Source: Takakia lepidozioides (Eukaryota > Plantae > Bryophyta). From it: DNA of 64,000 nt. The translations under genes were made by a program, and so were the position numbers. How positions within the stretch are numbered: the first letter of the stretch is position 1; every line of letters starts with the position of its first letter. The stretch covers positions 16,740,001 through 16,804,000 of the forward strand of contig CM060733.1 in assembly GCA_030704615.1 (NCBI GenBank), read 5' to 3'. The notes beneath the pieces are model-generated. The model was not told the origin of the DNA, searched no databases, and worked only from the letters and a program-made list of their open reading frames with translations. Below are positions 12,266-25,304 of this stretch, one piece after another.

Positions 12266-12787
12266 GTGTGGCTTTGTTCATTGTATGTAAAAGATTTTGT
12301 CTGAGGATTGTTTGTTGATTGCAGTTGGCATGATGTTCTTTTGTAAACTGGATTGCATCTCTAGATGAGATTATTGCTCTTCATCAGGAAAAAGCAGCAA
12401 AAGGGGTTCATAATGCTGCCATCAGTTGGATTTTCAATTGGATTTTGAGAGTTGGTTAAACCCTCCTTGGGTGAAAGCAGACCTAGCTGCCATGATACAT
12501 GGTCAAGCACACAATCTGGCAATGGTTTTTATGTTAATGTACGCCATGGCATTGGAGCCCAAGAATACATCGGGTATTCTCCTGACGAGGATTCAAATGT
12601 CTACCACGAGTAGATAGAATTGTTACAGTTCACTCTCAAGAGTATGTGACTCAGTAGTCTTTGTACCCCTCCATGTATCTAGCAGGGGGCCTGTCCTAGC
12701 GAAGAGATGTTTCCTTGAAGAATCTTGTTGTATGTCATCTAAGTTTGAAATTGGAGGTCTGTAATTAAGAGTTTTGAGTCATGCAGG

Positions 12788-15530
12788 ATGGCAGGGTTGA
12801 ATAATGCAGAGTTGTCTGTTGGACATGATAATGGCATCAGCGTTAGTACCCCAACCCTCACCGCAGATGTTCAAAGACCACCAAGTGCCCAAGTCAATAA
12901 GGATTTTTCTGGCGCTTGTGAGTATGTGAGGATACTATGTAAGGCAGGACGTCTGAACGCTGACCATTTTGAACCAAGGAGGTGTTCAAGCAGACTCGAC
13001 TGTCTATGTCTGTCTCTTGCAGGAATGTATCAACACAAAAAACCTAGCAAAGAGCAAGCAGGTGCATGCCCACATCATTCGAAGTGGATGCAAGCCACAA
13101 ACATTGTACTCAACACCCTTCTCAATATGTATGCCAAGTGCGGTAGCATTGTGGACGCACGCCAAGTGTTTGACAAAATGTCTGAACGAGATAAGTTTAC
13201 CTGGACTATGATGATGGCAGGCTGTGCCAAGCATGGGCACGGCGAGGACGCTGTCAAACTGTATGAGCAAATGGAACAGGAAGGGGTGACCCCGGATAAG
13301 GTGGCATTCATCTGTGTTCTCAATGCGTGTGCTTCCCTGCAAGCCCTGGAAAAGGGCAAAAAGATCCATGCTGATATCATCAAAGCGGGAATCCCATCAT
13401 ACATTAATTTGGAGAATAGCCTTGTGAACATGTATGCCAAATGCGGGGTCAAGGATGCACAACAAGTGTTCGACAATATGGCCAAACAAGATGTGGTTTC
13501 ATGGAGTGCCATGATCACAGGATACGTTCAGCATGGGTGTGCTAGAGAAGCTCTTAAAACATATGATCAAATGCAGCAGGAGGGAGTGACGCCAAACAGG
13601 GTTACATTCATGTCCGTTCTGAATGCATGTGCCAGCCTAGGAGCCCTAGATAAGGGCAAACAGGTCCATGCTGACATCATCAAAACTGGGACTGTATCAT
13701 ATATCAACTTGGAGAATTCACTAGTTGACATGTACGCAAAATGTAGGAGCCTTAAAGATGCACAGCAAGTGTTTGACAGCATGGCTAAACGAGATGCGGT
13801 TTCATGGAGTGCATTGATAGCAGGATATGCTCATCACGGGCTTGGTAGGGAGGCTGTAGATATCTATGAGGAAATGCAACAGGAGGGAGTCGTGCCTAAC
13901 ATGGTTGCATTTATTTGCGCTATCAATGCATGCTCGAGCCTAGGAGCCCTGGAAAGGGGCAAAGAGGTCCATGCTGATACAATCAGAGCTGGAATTGTGT
14001 CCTCTATTAATTTGGAGAATACCCTTGTTGACATGTACGCAAAATGTGGGAGCATGAAGGAGGCGCTTCAAGTGTTTGACAATATAGAAAAACGAGATGT
14101 GGTCTCATGGAGTGCTCTGATAGCAGGATATGCTCAGCACCAGCGTGGTGCGGAGGCTTTCAATATGTATGAGCGAATGCAACAGGATGGAGTGCTGCCC
14201 GATAGAGTCACATTCACTTGTCTCCTCAAAGCGTGTGCTAGCCTTGGAACCCTGGAAAAATGCAAGCAGGTCCATGCTGACATCAGAATGTCTGGGATTG
14301 TGGTAGATATCATTCTGGGAAATACCCTTCTTGATACGTATGCCAAATGCGGGAGCGTGAAGGATTCCCGTGAAGTGTTCGACAACATGGCTCAAAAAGA
14401 TGTCGTCTCCTGGACGACCATGATTGCAGGATATGCTCACCACAAGTGTGGCCAGGAAGCTTTGGAGGTCTATGAGAAAATGCGGCAGGAAGGGGTGTCA
14501 CCTGACAAGGTTACGTTCACTTGCGTTCTTAATGCTTGTATCATCTTAGAAGACCTGGAAAAGGGCAAAGAGGTCCATGCTGACGTCATTAAATCTGGAA
14601 TGGCACCAGGTATCATCCTGGATAATAGCCTTGTTGACATGTATGCCAAATGTGGGAGCATAAAAAATGCACGTCAAGTGTTTGACGATATGGTTCAACG
14701 AGATGTGTGCTCATGGAACGCCATGATCTGGCTATGCGAAACATGATTGTGCCAGGGAGGCTTTGGAGATCTATGAGAAAATGCTAGAGGAAGAAGTGAT
14801 TCCTGACCTGGTCACATTCACTTGTGTTCTGAATGCATGTGCCAGCCTAGGAGCCCTGGAGAAGGGCAGGTGGGTCCATGGTGAGATCAGCAAAACTGGA
14901 ATTATGCCAGATATCATTCTGGATAACAGCCTAGTTGACATGTATGCCAAATGTGGGAGCACAGAGGATGCACGTAAAGTGTTTAACAATATGACTAATC
15001 GAGATGTGGTCTCATGGAATGCCATGATTGCAGGATATGCTCACCATGGGTTTGGTAGGGAGGCCCTTGTATTATTTGAACAAATGCAACATGAAGGCTT
15101 GAAGCCAGATACTGTCACATTTATCTCTCTTCTCTCGGTATGTAGCCATGTGGGCTTAGTGGAAGAAGGCTGTCACTACTTTGATTCCATGAGTGGAGAT
15201 CATGGCCTCACTCCTACAGTGGAGCATTTTGGTTGTATTGTGGACGTTCTCCGCCGTGCAGGACAATTGACTGAGGCACGGGACTTTATTCACAGAATGC
15301 CAGTTGAACAAGATGCTCGGGTGTGGAGATCCTTGCTTGGTGCTTGCAAAACGCATGGCAATGTGGAGCTAGCAGAACATGATGCAAAATTCGTTGTCAA
15401 GGGGGGCCAATAGCACAGTGCAGCTTAGGTGCTGCTCTCAAACACTTATACTGCGGCAGGGAGGCAGAACAGAAAAGCAAGTGTGAGAAAAATGATGGAG
15501 GACAGGGGTGTCAGAAAGGACATCAGCCAT
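12788..15530 (+). pseudogene. Tandem paralogue of the PLS-PPR gene; frameshifted, truncated after E2, no DYW
   Basis: Same GAGTCATGCAG|GATGGCAGG start context as copy 1. The first L motif lies in an alternative frame (12969-13105), there is a frameshift near 14728 and a stop at 15411-15413. The E2 remnant VLLSNTYTAAGR...[12 protein letters not shown] ends where the PG box should start. Confidence 0.9.
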
Positions 15531-15615
15531 GATGATCAGGGCCTGAGGAAATGTGCTGCTTCAATTGCAAGTGCATAATCTGTCACAGGTTTTTGGAATC
15601 AAAAAGTAAGATTAA

Positions 15616-16861
15616 CCCTTAAGTGTCAAAACTCATTTTCACCCACTCGTGGAAAAACATGACCCTGGCCCACAAAAACAAATTTATCTATAGAATCTCT
15701 GTGTCCCTGTAAAACTGACCGTTGGAATTACTTCCCACCTACCCCACCTCCTACCACAAAAAGTTTCACCAAAATCCAACAGCCAGATCTGAAGATTATG
15801 AAGTGTAGAGTGGGGACAAAAAAAAATCTCCACTAAGAACTAGGTGCCAAAAAAGCAGTTTTTTGCTCGTATTTGGGCATTTTTAATTTTTTCTGTTTGA
15901 GAGTCTCAAGAACGTTGTTCCACACCTGATACCGCACATTCTCATAAAATTTCAGTTTTTTCTGAAATGTTCTCAAGTGGGCTCCCTTGTAGTGACAAAT
16001 TGGGGGGTCAAAATATGCCATTTTCTTTGGGCAGGCCAAAATCTCTCTTCCTAAAATTATACAAAAATATTCAGCTGGTCAATCCCTAATCCCTCCAGTT
16101 GAAATGTCATGGGCTTCCATATGAAGTCCCCGAAAAACTTTGAGGCCAATCAGCCAATGCACCGCATCCTTAGGTTCCCTGCCCAAGACTTCAAATGGCA
16201 CACCTTTGGTATAGCCTGCAGGCCTAGGATATTTGGAGCCGTAGCCCAGAAGGGCGCGGGGTTTGGGAGCTCCTATGGCTACCCGGCCATGCTTTCATGG
16301 GGGGCTACCCGGCCCTGCTTTCATGGGGGGCCACTCCACCCTCAACCCTCTCAAACCCCCACCCTAGGTTTGGCCCACCCCTCGTGGCGTTTTTCTCGAG
16401 CCCCGAGCTCTGCCGCCATCGCGGCTGCATTCCCTCCAGCCCGCCCTGCATGGAGTTAGACGGAGCTGCCATCGCCGTGGATTCAGGCTAGGGCCCAGGC
16501 CTGGGAATGCCCAGACCTGCGCTGGGCGCCATGCCCCCGCCGGGCAATCAAGGGGTTTGGGGGAGCGCCCTAACCTTTATGGGGTATCTTTCAGTCACCC
16601 TAACCTGACCGCAGTTGCCATGTCAGCAACTTGGGCAGGTTAGGGGGGCCAAATTGACCTCAAAAAACTGAGTGTGCCCCCTTCCAATTGGTCCAGACCC
16701 ATACCCCTTCAGGCATTGACCAATTGGCCAATGCCATATAAGGGGGACCCGATTATCTGTCGATTGAGCTAAAAAGAAGGCCAATCAGCCTTAACCACAG
16801 GAAGTTATGGCTGGTTAAAGAAACCTAACCGACCAAAACGGATCAATTTGACACTTGAGGG
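15616..16861. mobile_element. Non-autonomous piggyBac-like DNA transposon (1246 bp)
   Basis: TTAA (15612-15615) + CCCTTAAGTGTCAAA ... TTTGACACTTGAGGG + TTAA (16862-16865); 15-bp TIR at 14/15 identity; no transposase ORF. Confidence 0.75.
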
Positions 16862-17697
16862 TTAAAGCAAAACAAAAATCATTCAAGTGTGATGACAGAC
16901 CTTACAGTGGAGCGTTTTCTGTGATAATCACAACAACATGGAAGTCATGGAAAACCATATTGCAGAGGAATGGTTGTCAAATTTCAGCAGTATGAAAAAA
17001 CCCGAGGTTATGGGTCTTGGAAAGTTTTGCACCAATAATGCTTGAGAAAGGGATTCCCACACGAGGGAGATAGACTGGGACCCTTAAGACAAAGTGTTCA
17101 TCATTTGTTGAATGCCATAGTCTCTCAAGTATGCTGGGAAATCTCCTAGGAGAGTAACTACCTGCATGGAGGTAGTTATATTTTCTTAACCCAGAAAGAA
17201 AACTCTAAGTCTTTGACCAAATCAATCTCCATGGAGGTAGTCGCCACCACCAACCAGCCTCATTATGACGAGGCTACACAAAATTAAGAGTTGACATTTC
17301 CAGCACACCTGCTAGACCAGCAACTGGCACCACAATGCTATACAAAATTGAGAGGCGATATTTCCAGCCTAGTGGCCATACCCTGTTAGTTCACATGCAC
17401 ACGCTTTCTTTCAAATCAAGCCACTTCAATATTGGGACAAACATCTTTGTTGGCAAATAAGAAGTGTGCAGCATAGCTTTATAGAAAAACCCAAGTGGGG
17501 TGATTGTACAAATGGGTAATATTGTCCCCGAGATGAGAAACAAACCAGTGTTGTACTGGTATATAGGGTTAACCCAAGTATCAATAGTGGGTATCAACCT
17601 GGTATGAGAGAACCTACCACGCGGGTAGCTAACGGCCACAATACCCAGAATAGACCAGTGTTACCCTATTTCGATTTGCCACCCTACCATACTCATA

Positions 17698-18355
17698 CAG
17701 TCGGCCCTCGGTCCTCCATATCTGTTAATATTTGGGAGTAAGAAAAACTGTAACACTTAAAGGATTTGTAACACTTTAACAGATACAAATTTAGATCAAT
17801 GAAAAGTAACATTTATAAAGCTCACTCTTATGTAAGGAGCCCTAAAAAATTCACGTTAATAGAACTACGAGAAGGGAAAAACCATCATCATGGCTGATGA
17901 TCTACAAACACTGAAGGTTGGAAGAAAGATTCTATGCATGTCTGATGTGAATGTCTCAATATCTCTACACCCTTTGCAAATTTCTCTAACTTGTCTACCA
18001 AGTGCATGACATCTGTCGACCTCTGCTGCAAGAAATGATGCATGTTTCAAGAGCAACCAGTGCCTTCCTACATTACCATCCAGTACTGGGGTTACAGGTT
18101 TATCAGTAACTATATATTCACTATTATTAAGCTCCTTTATATATGTCCACTTGAGTTGATCACAGACTTAACTTGAGTGAATGAAGAGCACTTTAACACA
18201 TACACATGGTCATTATTCAAAGAGGGGAGTAACCGATGTTTAACAATTAAACACTTAACGTCTTGCTTAGTTCACCCAAGTAGGGAGTAAGAATTATGCT
18301 AACACATATAGTTTTTTAACGCTTATGGAGGTAACAAATATGGAGGGCCGACTTG
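17698..18355. mobile_element. Probable Tc1/mariner-type MITE
   Basis: TA|CAGTCGGCCCTC...CATATCTGTTA at the left end and TAACAAATATGGAGGGCCGACT at 18332-18353; AT-rich interior; the right TA TSD is imperfect. Confidence 0.5.
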
Positions 18356-21066
18356 ATACCTCTCGTGAATGCAGAGCGATACCCTGGGTAGAGTCTTGCG
18401 ATATACTAGCACACATTTTAGGGAAAGGGTGACGGCTACGTAGAGGGAACCTTTGGGCGGCAGATTGCAGTTAGGGTGAGAGATTTGTTAGATTTGGGGT
18501 GGTTGTGTAATTGCAGTTGTGATTACACCAAGGACAGTGGTGGCAATGGACAAATCGTGGCTGGGTATGCCTATGTATATATTGGAAACCCTTGATGTCA
18601 CATGGAATTCAGCCTATCTGTCCTGAGAATGAACTTCATACCCGGGTTGATATCTGCCTGGTATTGCACAATTCCAAACCCTACTATTGATACCACATAC
18701 TGGTTCTTGCAAAAAGCAATACTTATACCAGTATTGCTGGGGCACTTATTCATCATTACCTCTATTTCTATTAATTTATTATGTCATGGTTTGCATTTTT
18801 TTTTGGGGCCCTGCGTGTGCAGAGTCCCCTAGGTACTAGTAAGTAATAAGTAGTAAGAATAGCACATCAGCATTAGCACATCCCCCTCATGCGGCCCATA
18901 CTCGTAGACAAACAAGGGGTTACTGAAGCTCAGGAAATCCAGTTTTGGTATGGAATTCTGGACAAGGAGCTCAAGAGAAGGGTGCGAGATGCAACCCTGT
19001 TACAAGCAGCCCAACCCACATTAGCAGATGTGTTTCTGCTGGCTGAGCGGATTGAGCTCAACATGGTGGAGGAGCGAGTTGTCACCATTGGATTTGGCAA
19101 GGACATGCCTGCACGAGGCGCAGCTGCCAGCCCACAGGCACAAGGTACTGCCCAGCAGCGTGGTCAGGGGGGCAAGGTTTCCCAACCCAAGTTCCATGGA
19201 GTTTACAGGGGACCTCAGGTGCAGAGGCCCGTGGCATCTTTTGCAGGCCAACAACAACCAGGGGTGGTATGTTGGACATGTGGAGGACCCCATGTCAAGA
19301 AAGATTGCCCAAAGAATGGCAGAAGGCCGGCACAAGCACAGCCTGCACAGTTGCAGTGTGGGCATTGTGGCAAGTATGGACATGGAGATGCCCAGTGTTA
19401 TGACTTGCACCCTGAGTTGCGCCCAGGCCAGTTCCAAGGGAACAATGGTGGCCGGGGGCGAGGTGGACCAGCCCAGAGAGCACGAGGTGATCGGGCACGA
19501 GGTGCAGGCCAAGGGCAAGCTCAACATGGCCAAGGACGCGGATGTCAGGGTGTTGACCAAAGCATGGCCAACCGGCTTCAGCAGCTAGAGCAGAGGCTCG
19601 CTGCCATGGCTACAGCTCAGGCGGTACCGGCTCCCAGGCGGGATGGTCCACCTCCTGTTCCTGAGGGAGGAGATATGGGAGGCATGGGATTCATATACGG
19701 AGCAGCACTACCACTAGAGCAGGTGGAGTCTGCTGCAGCCGTGACTCGAGGAGCAGCACGAGTTCCTGAGCCACGAGGTGCAGAGGTGGAGTTGGATCCA
19801 CAACGTGGGGAGGCAAGCCGTCAAGCGAGGCTGCCTCAGTCATTCACCTTGGCGGAGACAGTGTCAACGCCATCCATGGCACCTAGTTCTCGCCCGACTG
19901 TTACCGAGGCGGAGGTTTCTATGCCATTGGGGAGAGCTACACGTGCAACACTGATACCTGCTGCCAAGGCTAGTGCAGCCGGTGTGTTGTTGGGGGCAGC
20001 CACCTCTGTGTGTCAAGCCCCACTGTTCTCGGCAACCATGATTGCGACGCCGGGGGTAAGACCAGCTGCAGTGTTCAGACTAGCAGCAACACTCTATGAG
20101 AGTGGGGAGGTCACGTCATCTTCTGCGGAGTTAGTGGAAGGTATAGTGGCAGAGGGATCCTCGGATTTGAGGGTCAAGACTGCCATGGCTGCGCCATGGC
20201 AAGCTGCAGCTGCCAAGTTGACGGAGCTGCCAACTAGGCCAGCCTTTGAGCACGCCATGGTGACACCTGGAGTTGTCTTGTTAGACAACCAGGGAGACAT
20301 TTTCACTTTGAGTGGACCGGCAGGCAAGAAGTACTGGCCACTGCGGGTCTTGTTGGACTCGGGAGCTCAGCCACTGATGTTGGGCAGAGCTGCTATTGCA
20401 GGTTTGGGCCTCATGGAGGCGGATATGGAGCCTTGTCCTTTCCAGATACAGACATCTCTGGGAGGATCAGAGCAGGCTCGGGGCATGACACGGCGTGAGT
20501 TGGCCATTGGACTACAAGCAGATCATCCTGTAGATGGCTGAGTGATGCGAGCCAAGGCCATTGTGACAGACGCGGTCTCTTACGATGTCCTTGTGGGTGG
20601 GGCAGTGTTATATCCCATGGGCTTCACCCTGGACTTTTGGGAGGAGTCAGCATCCTACAGGCCTGGATGGCAGTCAGGGGATGGTCGTCGTGCACAGCTC
20701 CCTGTGACATTCATTGGGGGTATTGCGGTTGCCCAACGGGGCAAGATGCCAACACTAGCCGCCTTTACAGCTGCAGTTAGTTGGCCTAGAGAGTTGCTGG
20801 AGGGCAATGCCCATGCAGAGGATGTGTCACCTCCAGCAGAGCAGGATGACATGCATGGTATGGCGGAGTTGCCTGCCATGGTTGCTCACACTCCATTGTG
20901 GGGTACGAGCAAGGATTTGCAGCAGGTTGCGGATCGACGGGTGCAACAAGCCTAGGTAGAGGCTTTTGTACCGTTAGGAGAGGAGGAGAGTGCGGGTATT
21001 GCACCAGGACCACCTCAGTTGTCACCATTGGATACCACACCTATTGTGTGGCAGTATATGGATGAA

Positions 21067-22015
21067 GGCATTTGCCTTCTGGACTTGTTTGGCGGGATCA
21101 GCACCGGATTGGCTACTGTGCTACAGACAGGTGTGCGGGTAAGGCATTACCTGTATGTGGAGAGGGATGAGACTGCACGACGCGTCTCACTGCGCCATGT
21201 GGCTCAGTTGGTACAGCAGTACCCTGACTTGTTGCATGTGTCTGCAGTTCGTGGATACCAACAAGCCTTACGAGCAGACATTTCCTTGTTGGGGGCGCAA
21301 GATTTGGAGCAGGTTGGCTCCATTGATCTGATAGTGGCAGGTTGGCCCGGCCAAGGGTATTCATCAGCCGGGCATGACAATGGACTGCGAGACTCGAGGA
21401 CGGGTCTGTTTTGGGAGATGGTGCGGGTTTTGCGCCACTTGCAGCTTCATCAAGCTGTATCTCCAGCATACATCTTGGAGAATGTGCCACTGATGGGTGA
21501 TTCTCGGGCCAGGGTGATGGCCAGTGTGCATCAAGTCCGATCGTGGCTTGGGTCAGCAGTGCTGCTGGATGCAGCTGCAGTGGGATCACGGGCTCATCGT
21601 CCACGGCTTTGGTGGACTAACTTGATGCCACTCGCACTGCTCAAGTGTGCATTTGATGGGGTGCAGCGGCCAGCACACCTCACCGTGGATGGCATTTTGG
21701 ACACAGGGAGGTAGTCTCAACGTGTGAGACACGATGACCGTTCGCCTTTGGCAGTGGTCAACAGGGTGGGTCAACCACGAGCAACATTACCTACACCGCT
21801 CAGCTTCCCAGGATCCCATGCTTTTCGGGATGGTGGACCTGGCCTCTTGTGGGATAGCCAGTTGCAACAGTTAGTGGAGCCTAATGCCGACGAGCGAGAG
21901 CGGGCTATGGGATTTTCCACTGGGACCACGGCGGTGCCTTCTCTTTCTGAGGCATCACGTCGTCAGGTGTTGGGGCAAGCAATGGATCTCAATTGCTTGA
22001 CCTGGATTATCAGCT
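21067..22015 (+). pseudogene. C5-cytosine DNA methyltransferase domain (DNMT3-like) inside the retrotransposon pol
   Basis: Motif I LLDLFGGISTG, II YVERD, IV DLIVAGWP(G)QG, VI YILENV, VIII AHRPRLWWTN, IX ERERAMGF, X RRQVLGQAMD, in canonical order; one stop at 21712-21714. Confidence 0.92.
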
Positions 22016-25000
22016 TGGCTATGGCTGAGCAACGTAGAGTGCGGAGTGCCCTTCCCTTGACGGTCTCTCTGCCTACCGAGACGGTACAGGCAGTGAGTGG
22101 GGGCGAGCCGGTGAGGACCACGGGGTGTAGACATCCATGGCACACGTGGGAGGTGCTCGAGGTTCAGAAGGACTTGGCAGCCAAGGCAGCTGTGATGGAT
22201 GAGGTTGGGGATTCTTCTCGGGATGAGGAGGTTCTCAATGATGAGATGATGGGGCAGGATGAGGCCTTGTCATTGACTGAGCAGGAAGGGAGTACTGCTC
22301 AAGAGGTTGCAGCATAACAACCACGGACGCGTCCTCTACCTCTAAGCCCACTGGACTTAAGGTTGCAGTTACGGAGGACAATTGGGAGCCTGACATTGGA
22401 CCCATTGTCACCGGAGAAGAGAGATGACGTATACGGCGGTTCCTGAGGGCTTACAGGAATTGCTTTGCCTTCAGTTTGAAGGACTTGGGAGCACTGAAGG
22501 GTCAAGAGATCCGTATTGAGTTGGCCACTGACACGCCAATCTTTCGGAGACCCTATAGATACAGTGACATGGAGAGGTCTTTGATTCAGATGAGGACTCA
22601 AGATCTCTGGGAGGCAGGTTTGGTGGAGCTCTCTGGTGGAGAGTATGCTTCAGCCACAGTGATGCCAGCCAAGAAGGATGTCTATGGCAATTGGACGGAG
22701 AGACGTATGTGCGGTGATTACCGGCCTGTAAATCGTCAGACCAAGTCCAATAGGTATGCCATGCCGACACCAGAGGAGATCTTTGATGCCATTGGGCATT
22801 CCCAGGTCTTTAGCACGTTGGATTTACGATCCGGATATCACCAGTTGCCGATCAAGGAGGCGGATAAGCAAAAGACGTCATTCTGGGGGATCAATGAGCA
22901 CGGGAAGGATTGCCTATACCAGTGGCGGTTCTTACCATTTGGGCTTAAAAACGCTCCCGCTGAGTTTCAAAGAGTCATGGACAGGATTCTAGCAGGGGTG
23001 GAGTTTGCTCGGTGCTACATAGATGACATCGTCATCTTTAGTGCTACGGTGGAGGAGCATGAGAGACACCTTCAGGGGGTATTTGAGCGCTTAAGGACGC
23101 ACGGATTGAAGTTACATCCGGGCAAGTGCAAGTTTTTTCACAACCAGATTGAGTATCTGGGTCACATGATATATCCTGGAGGATTGGGGGTACAGCAGAC
23201 TAAGGTAGAGTCCATTGCACAGGTTCCACGCCCCACGGATGTGAGCCGAGTTTGAGCTTTCATGGGGTTAGCAAACTATTACAGACGGTTTGTTAAGGGA
23301 TTTAGTGCCATTGCAAAGGCTCTAATCAAGCTGACCAAGGTAGACCAGGAGTGGTATTGGGAAGATGAGCAAGAACAAGCTTTTCAAGAGCTCAAGGCGA
23401 GGTTGACCTCGGCGCCCATCTTGAGACGACCTATCAGGGGGCGTCCTTTTCAGCTGCATACAGATTGGAGCATGCTGGGGCTTGGAGTGGTGCTCACACA
23501 GGTGATGATGAGGGAAGAGAGTTCGTAGTGGCTTATGCTAGCCGCTCGAACAATGCTGCAGAGTCTAAGTATAGCTCATATGAGGGAGATTGCTTAGCTG
23601 CAGTGTGGGCCGTGGCACACTTCAGGTGTTATCTATACGGCAATCTCTTCACCCTTGTCACGGATCACCAACCACTCAAGTGGTTGATGGAGTCAGACAA
23701 GCTTATGGGGAAGCTTGCACGGTGGGCACTCATCCTTCAAGAGTATGACTTTCAGGTGGTGCATCGACCGGGTTTGGTCAATCGCAATGCAGATGGGTTG
23801 AGTCGCAATCCATGCACGAGCCAGCAGGATGACACTGGAGCTCGGTGGCATGGTGAGACGGACGAGGAGATGGTGCCCGGATGGCATGCATCTGCATTTC
23901 TGTGTATCTTGGCAGCGGAAGGCCAGGTTGGACCTGCAACAGGGATGACTGTAGATCAAGTGTCTGAGGACCCTGAGGCCAGCAATGAGCAAGGTGGCGC
24001 CAAAGATATACATGAGGATTCAGTTGTGTTGGACTACCTCCGCACTGGAGACACTGCAGCCACTGTGACTGCCAAAGAGAGGGATCGGATCCTACAACGA
24101 GCCAAGAGGTTCAAGTGGGAGGGGACACACCTGCTCCGAGTGTAGGAGGATGGTCGAGTGAGGATTGTGCCTCACCCAACACAGCGGGCACGGTTAGTGC
24201 GGCATGCCCATGAGGAGTTGGGTCATTTTGGGGTGCGACGCACTCATAGTCTACTGCAGGGGCAGTATTGGTGGCGTGGTATGCACACAGAGGTGCAACA
24301 ATTTGTGGCTAGGTGCATGGTGTGTGACAGGGTGTGTGCTTCATTCAACGCCCCTACTCCACAATTGCACCCTCTTCCGATCATGGGATTGGGCTACAGG
24401 TGGAGTCTTGACTTCGCAGGGCCGTTGCCACTGACCATGCGTCACAACAAGTACGTGTTGGTGATGGTGGAGCACTTCTCCAAATGGATTGAGTTGGTTC
24501 TATTGCCTGATAAGGCTAGTGAGGGAGCTGCGTATGCATTCTTGGATTGTGTGCTTAGCCGATTCGGTGCTCCAGCTGGGTACTCACGGACAAGGGAGAG
24601 AGTTCTTGGGGGAGTTTCAGGCTTTGTGTGACAAGGCCTTGATAGACCACCGCACCACTTCTCGGGATCATCCTGAGGCCGACGGCTTGGCAGAGAGAGT
24701 TGTTCAGACAGTAAAGAGGGTTTTGCGCAAGTATGGCTTGCAGAAGGGACACCTAGGAGATTGGGACCTTCAGTTACCCTGGTTAGCCATGGGCTACAGG
24801 TTCAGCAAGCAAGCATCACTTGCCTCCTTCTCACCATACTTTCTTCTCTTTGGCCGAGAGCCGGATTTGCCTACATCCATTCGTAGAGAAGCTGCTACAG
24901 TTCTTAATCTTGACGATCCGGACGTGTGGGCACGTGCATGTGAGCAGCGTACAGAGTTGTTCAAGAAAGTCATGCCCATGGCTTTCGAGAACCTTGCCAT

Positions 25001-25304
25001 TGCACAACACCGTGATACGTTGAGGTATGCTACCATACGTGGTGGGGGCTATCGTCCTGGGGTTCGGAGATTCAACCCTAGTGACTATGTCTATCTGCAG
25101 CAGACTGCTCCTACGACCTTGGATGTGACTGCATGACGTGTTATTTTGAGGGTTCGAGAGGTCTTGCCCTCAAGCGTCTTGGTCTTGGAGGGTCGGGATG
25201 GCATAACTTGGAAGGACCATGTGCGTAATTGTGCGCCATGTCACCTTCCGAATGTCGATGGCAGGATTGACCCAAACTTGGCAGTGGTATCTGCAGGTTT
25301 GAGG

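Noticed and set aside
15540-15616. piggyBac-like insertion as the cause of DYW loss in copy 2
   Set aside because: Homology ends about 80 bp before the TTAA site, and no DYW sequence resumes after 16865.
21019-22317. Host DRM/DNMT3 gene or bacterial contaminant MTase
   Set aside because: It is intronless, in frame with gag-PR and flanked by RT; motif order is not permuted as in DRM; no restriction-modification context.
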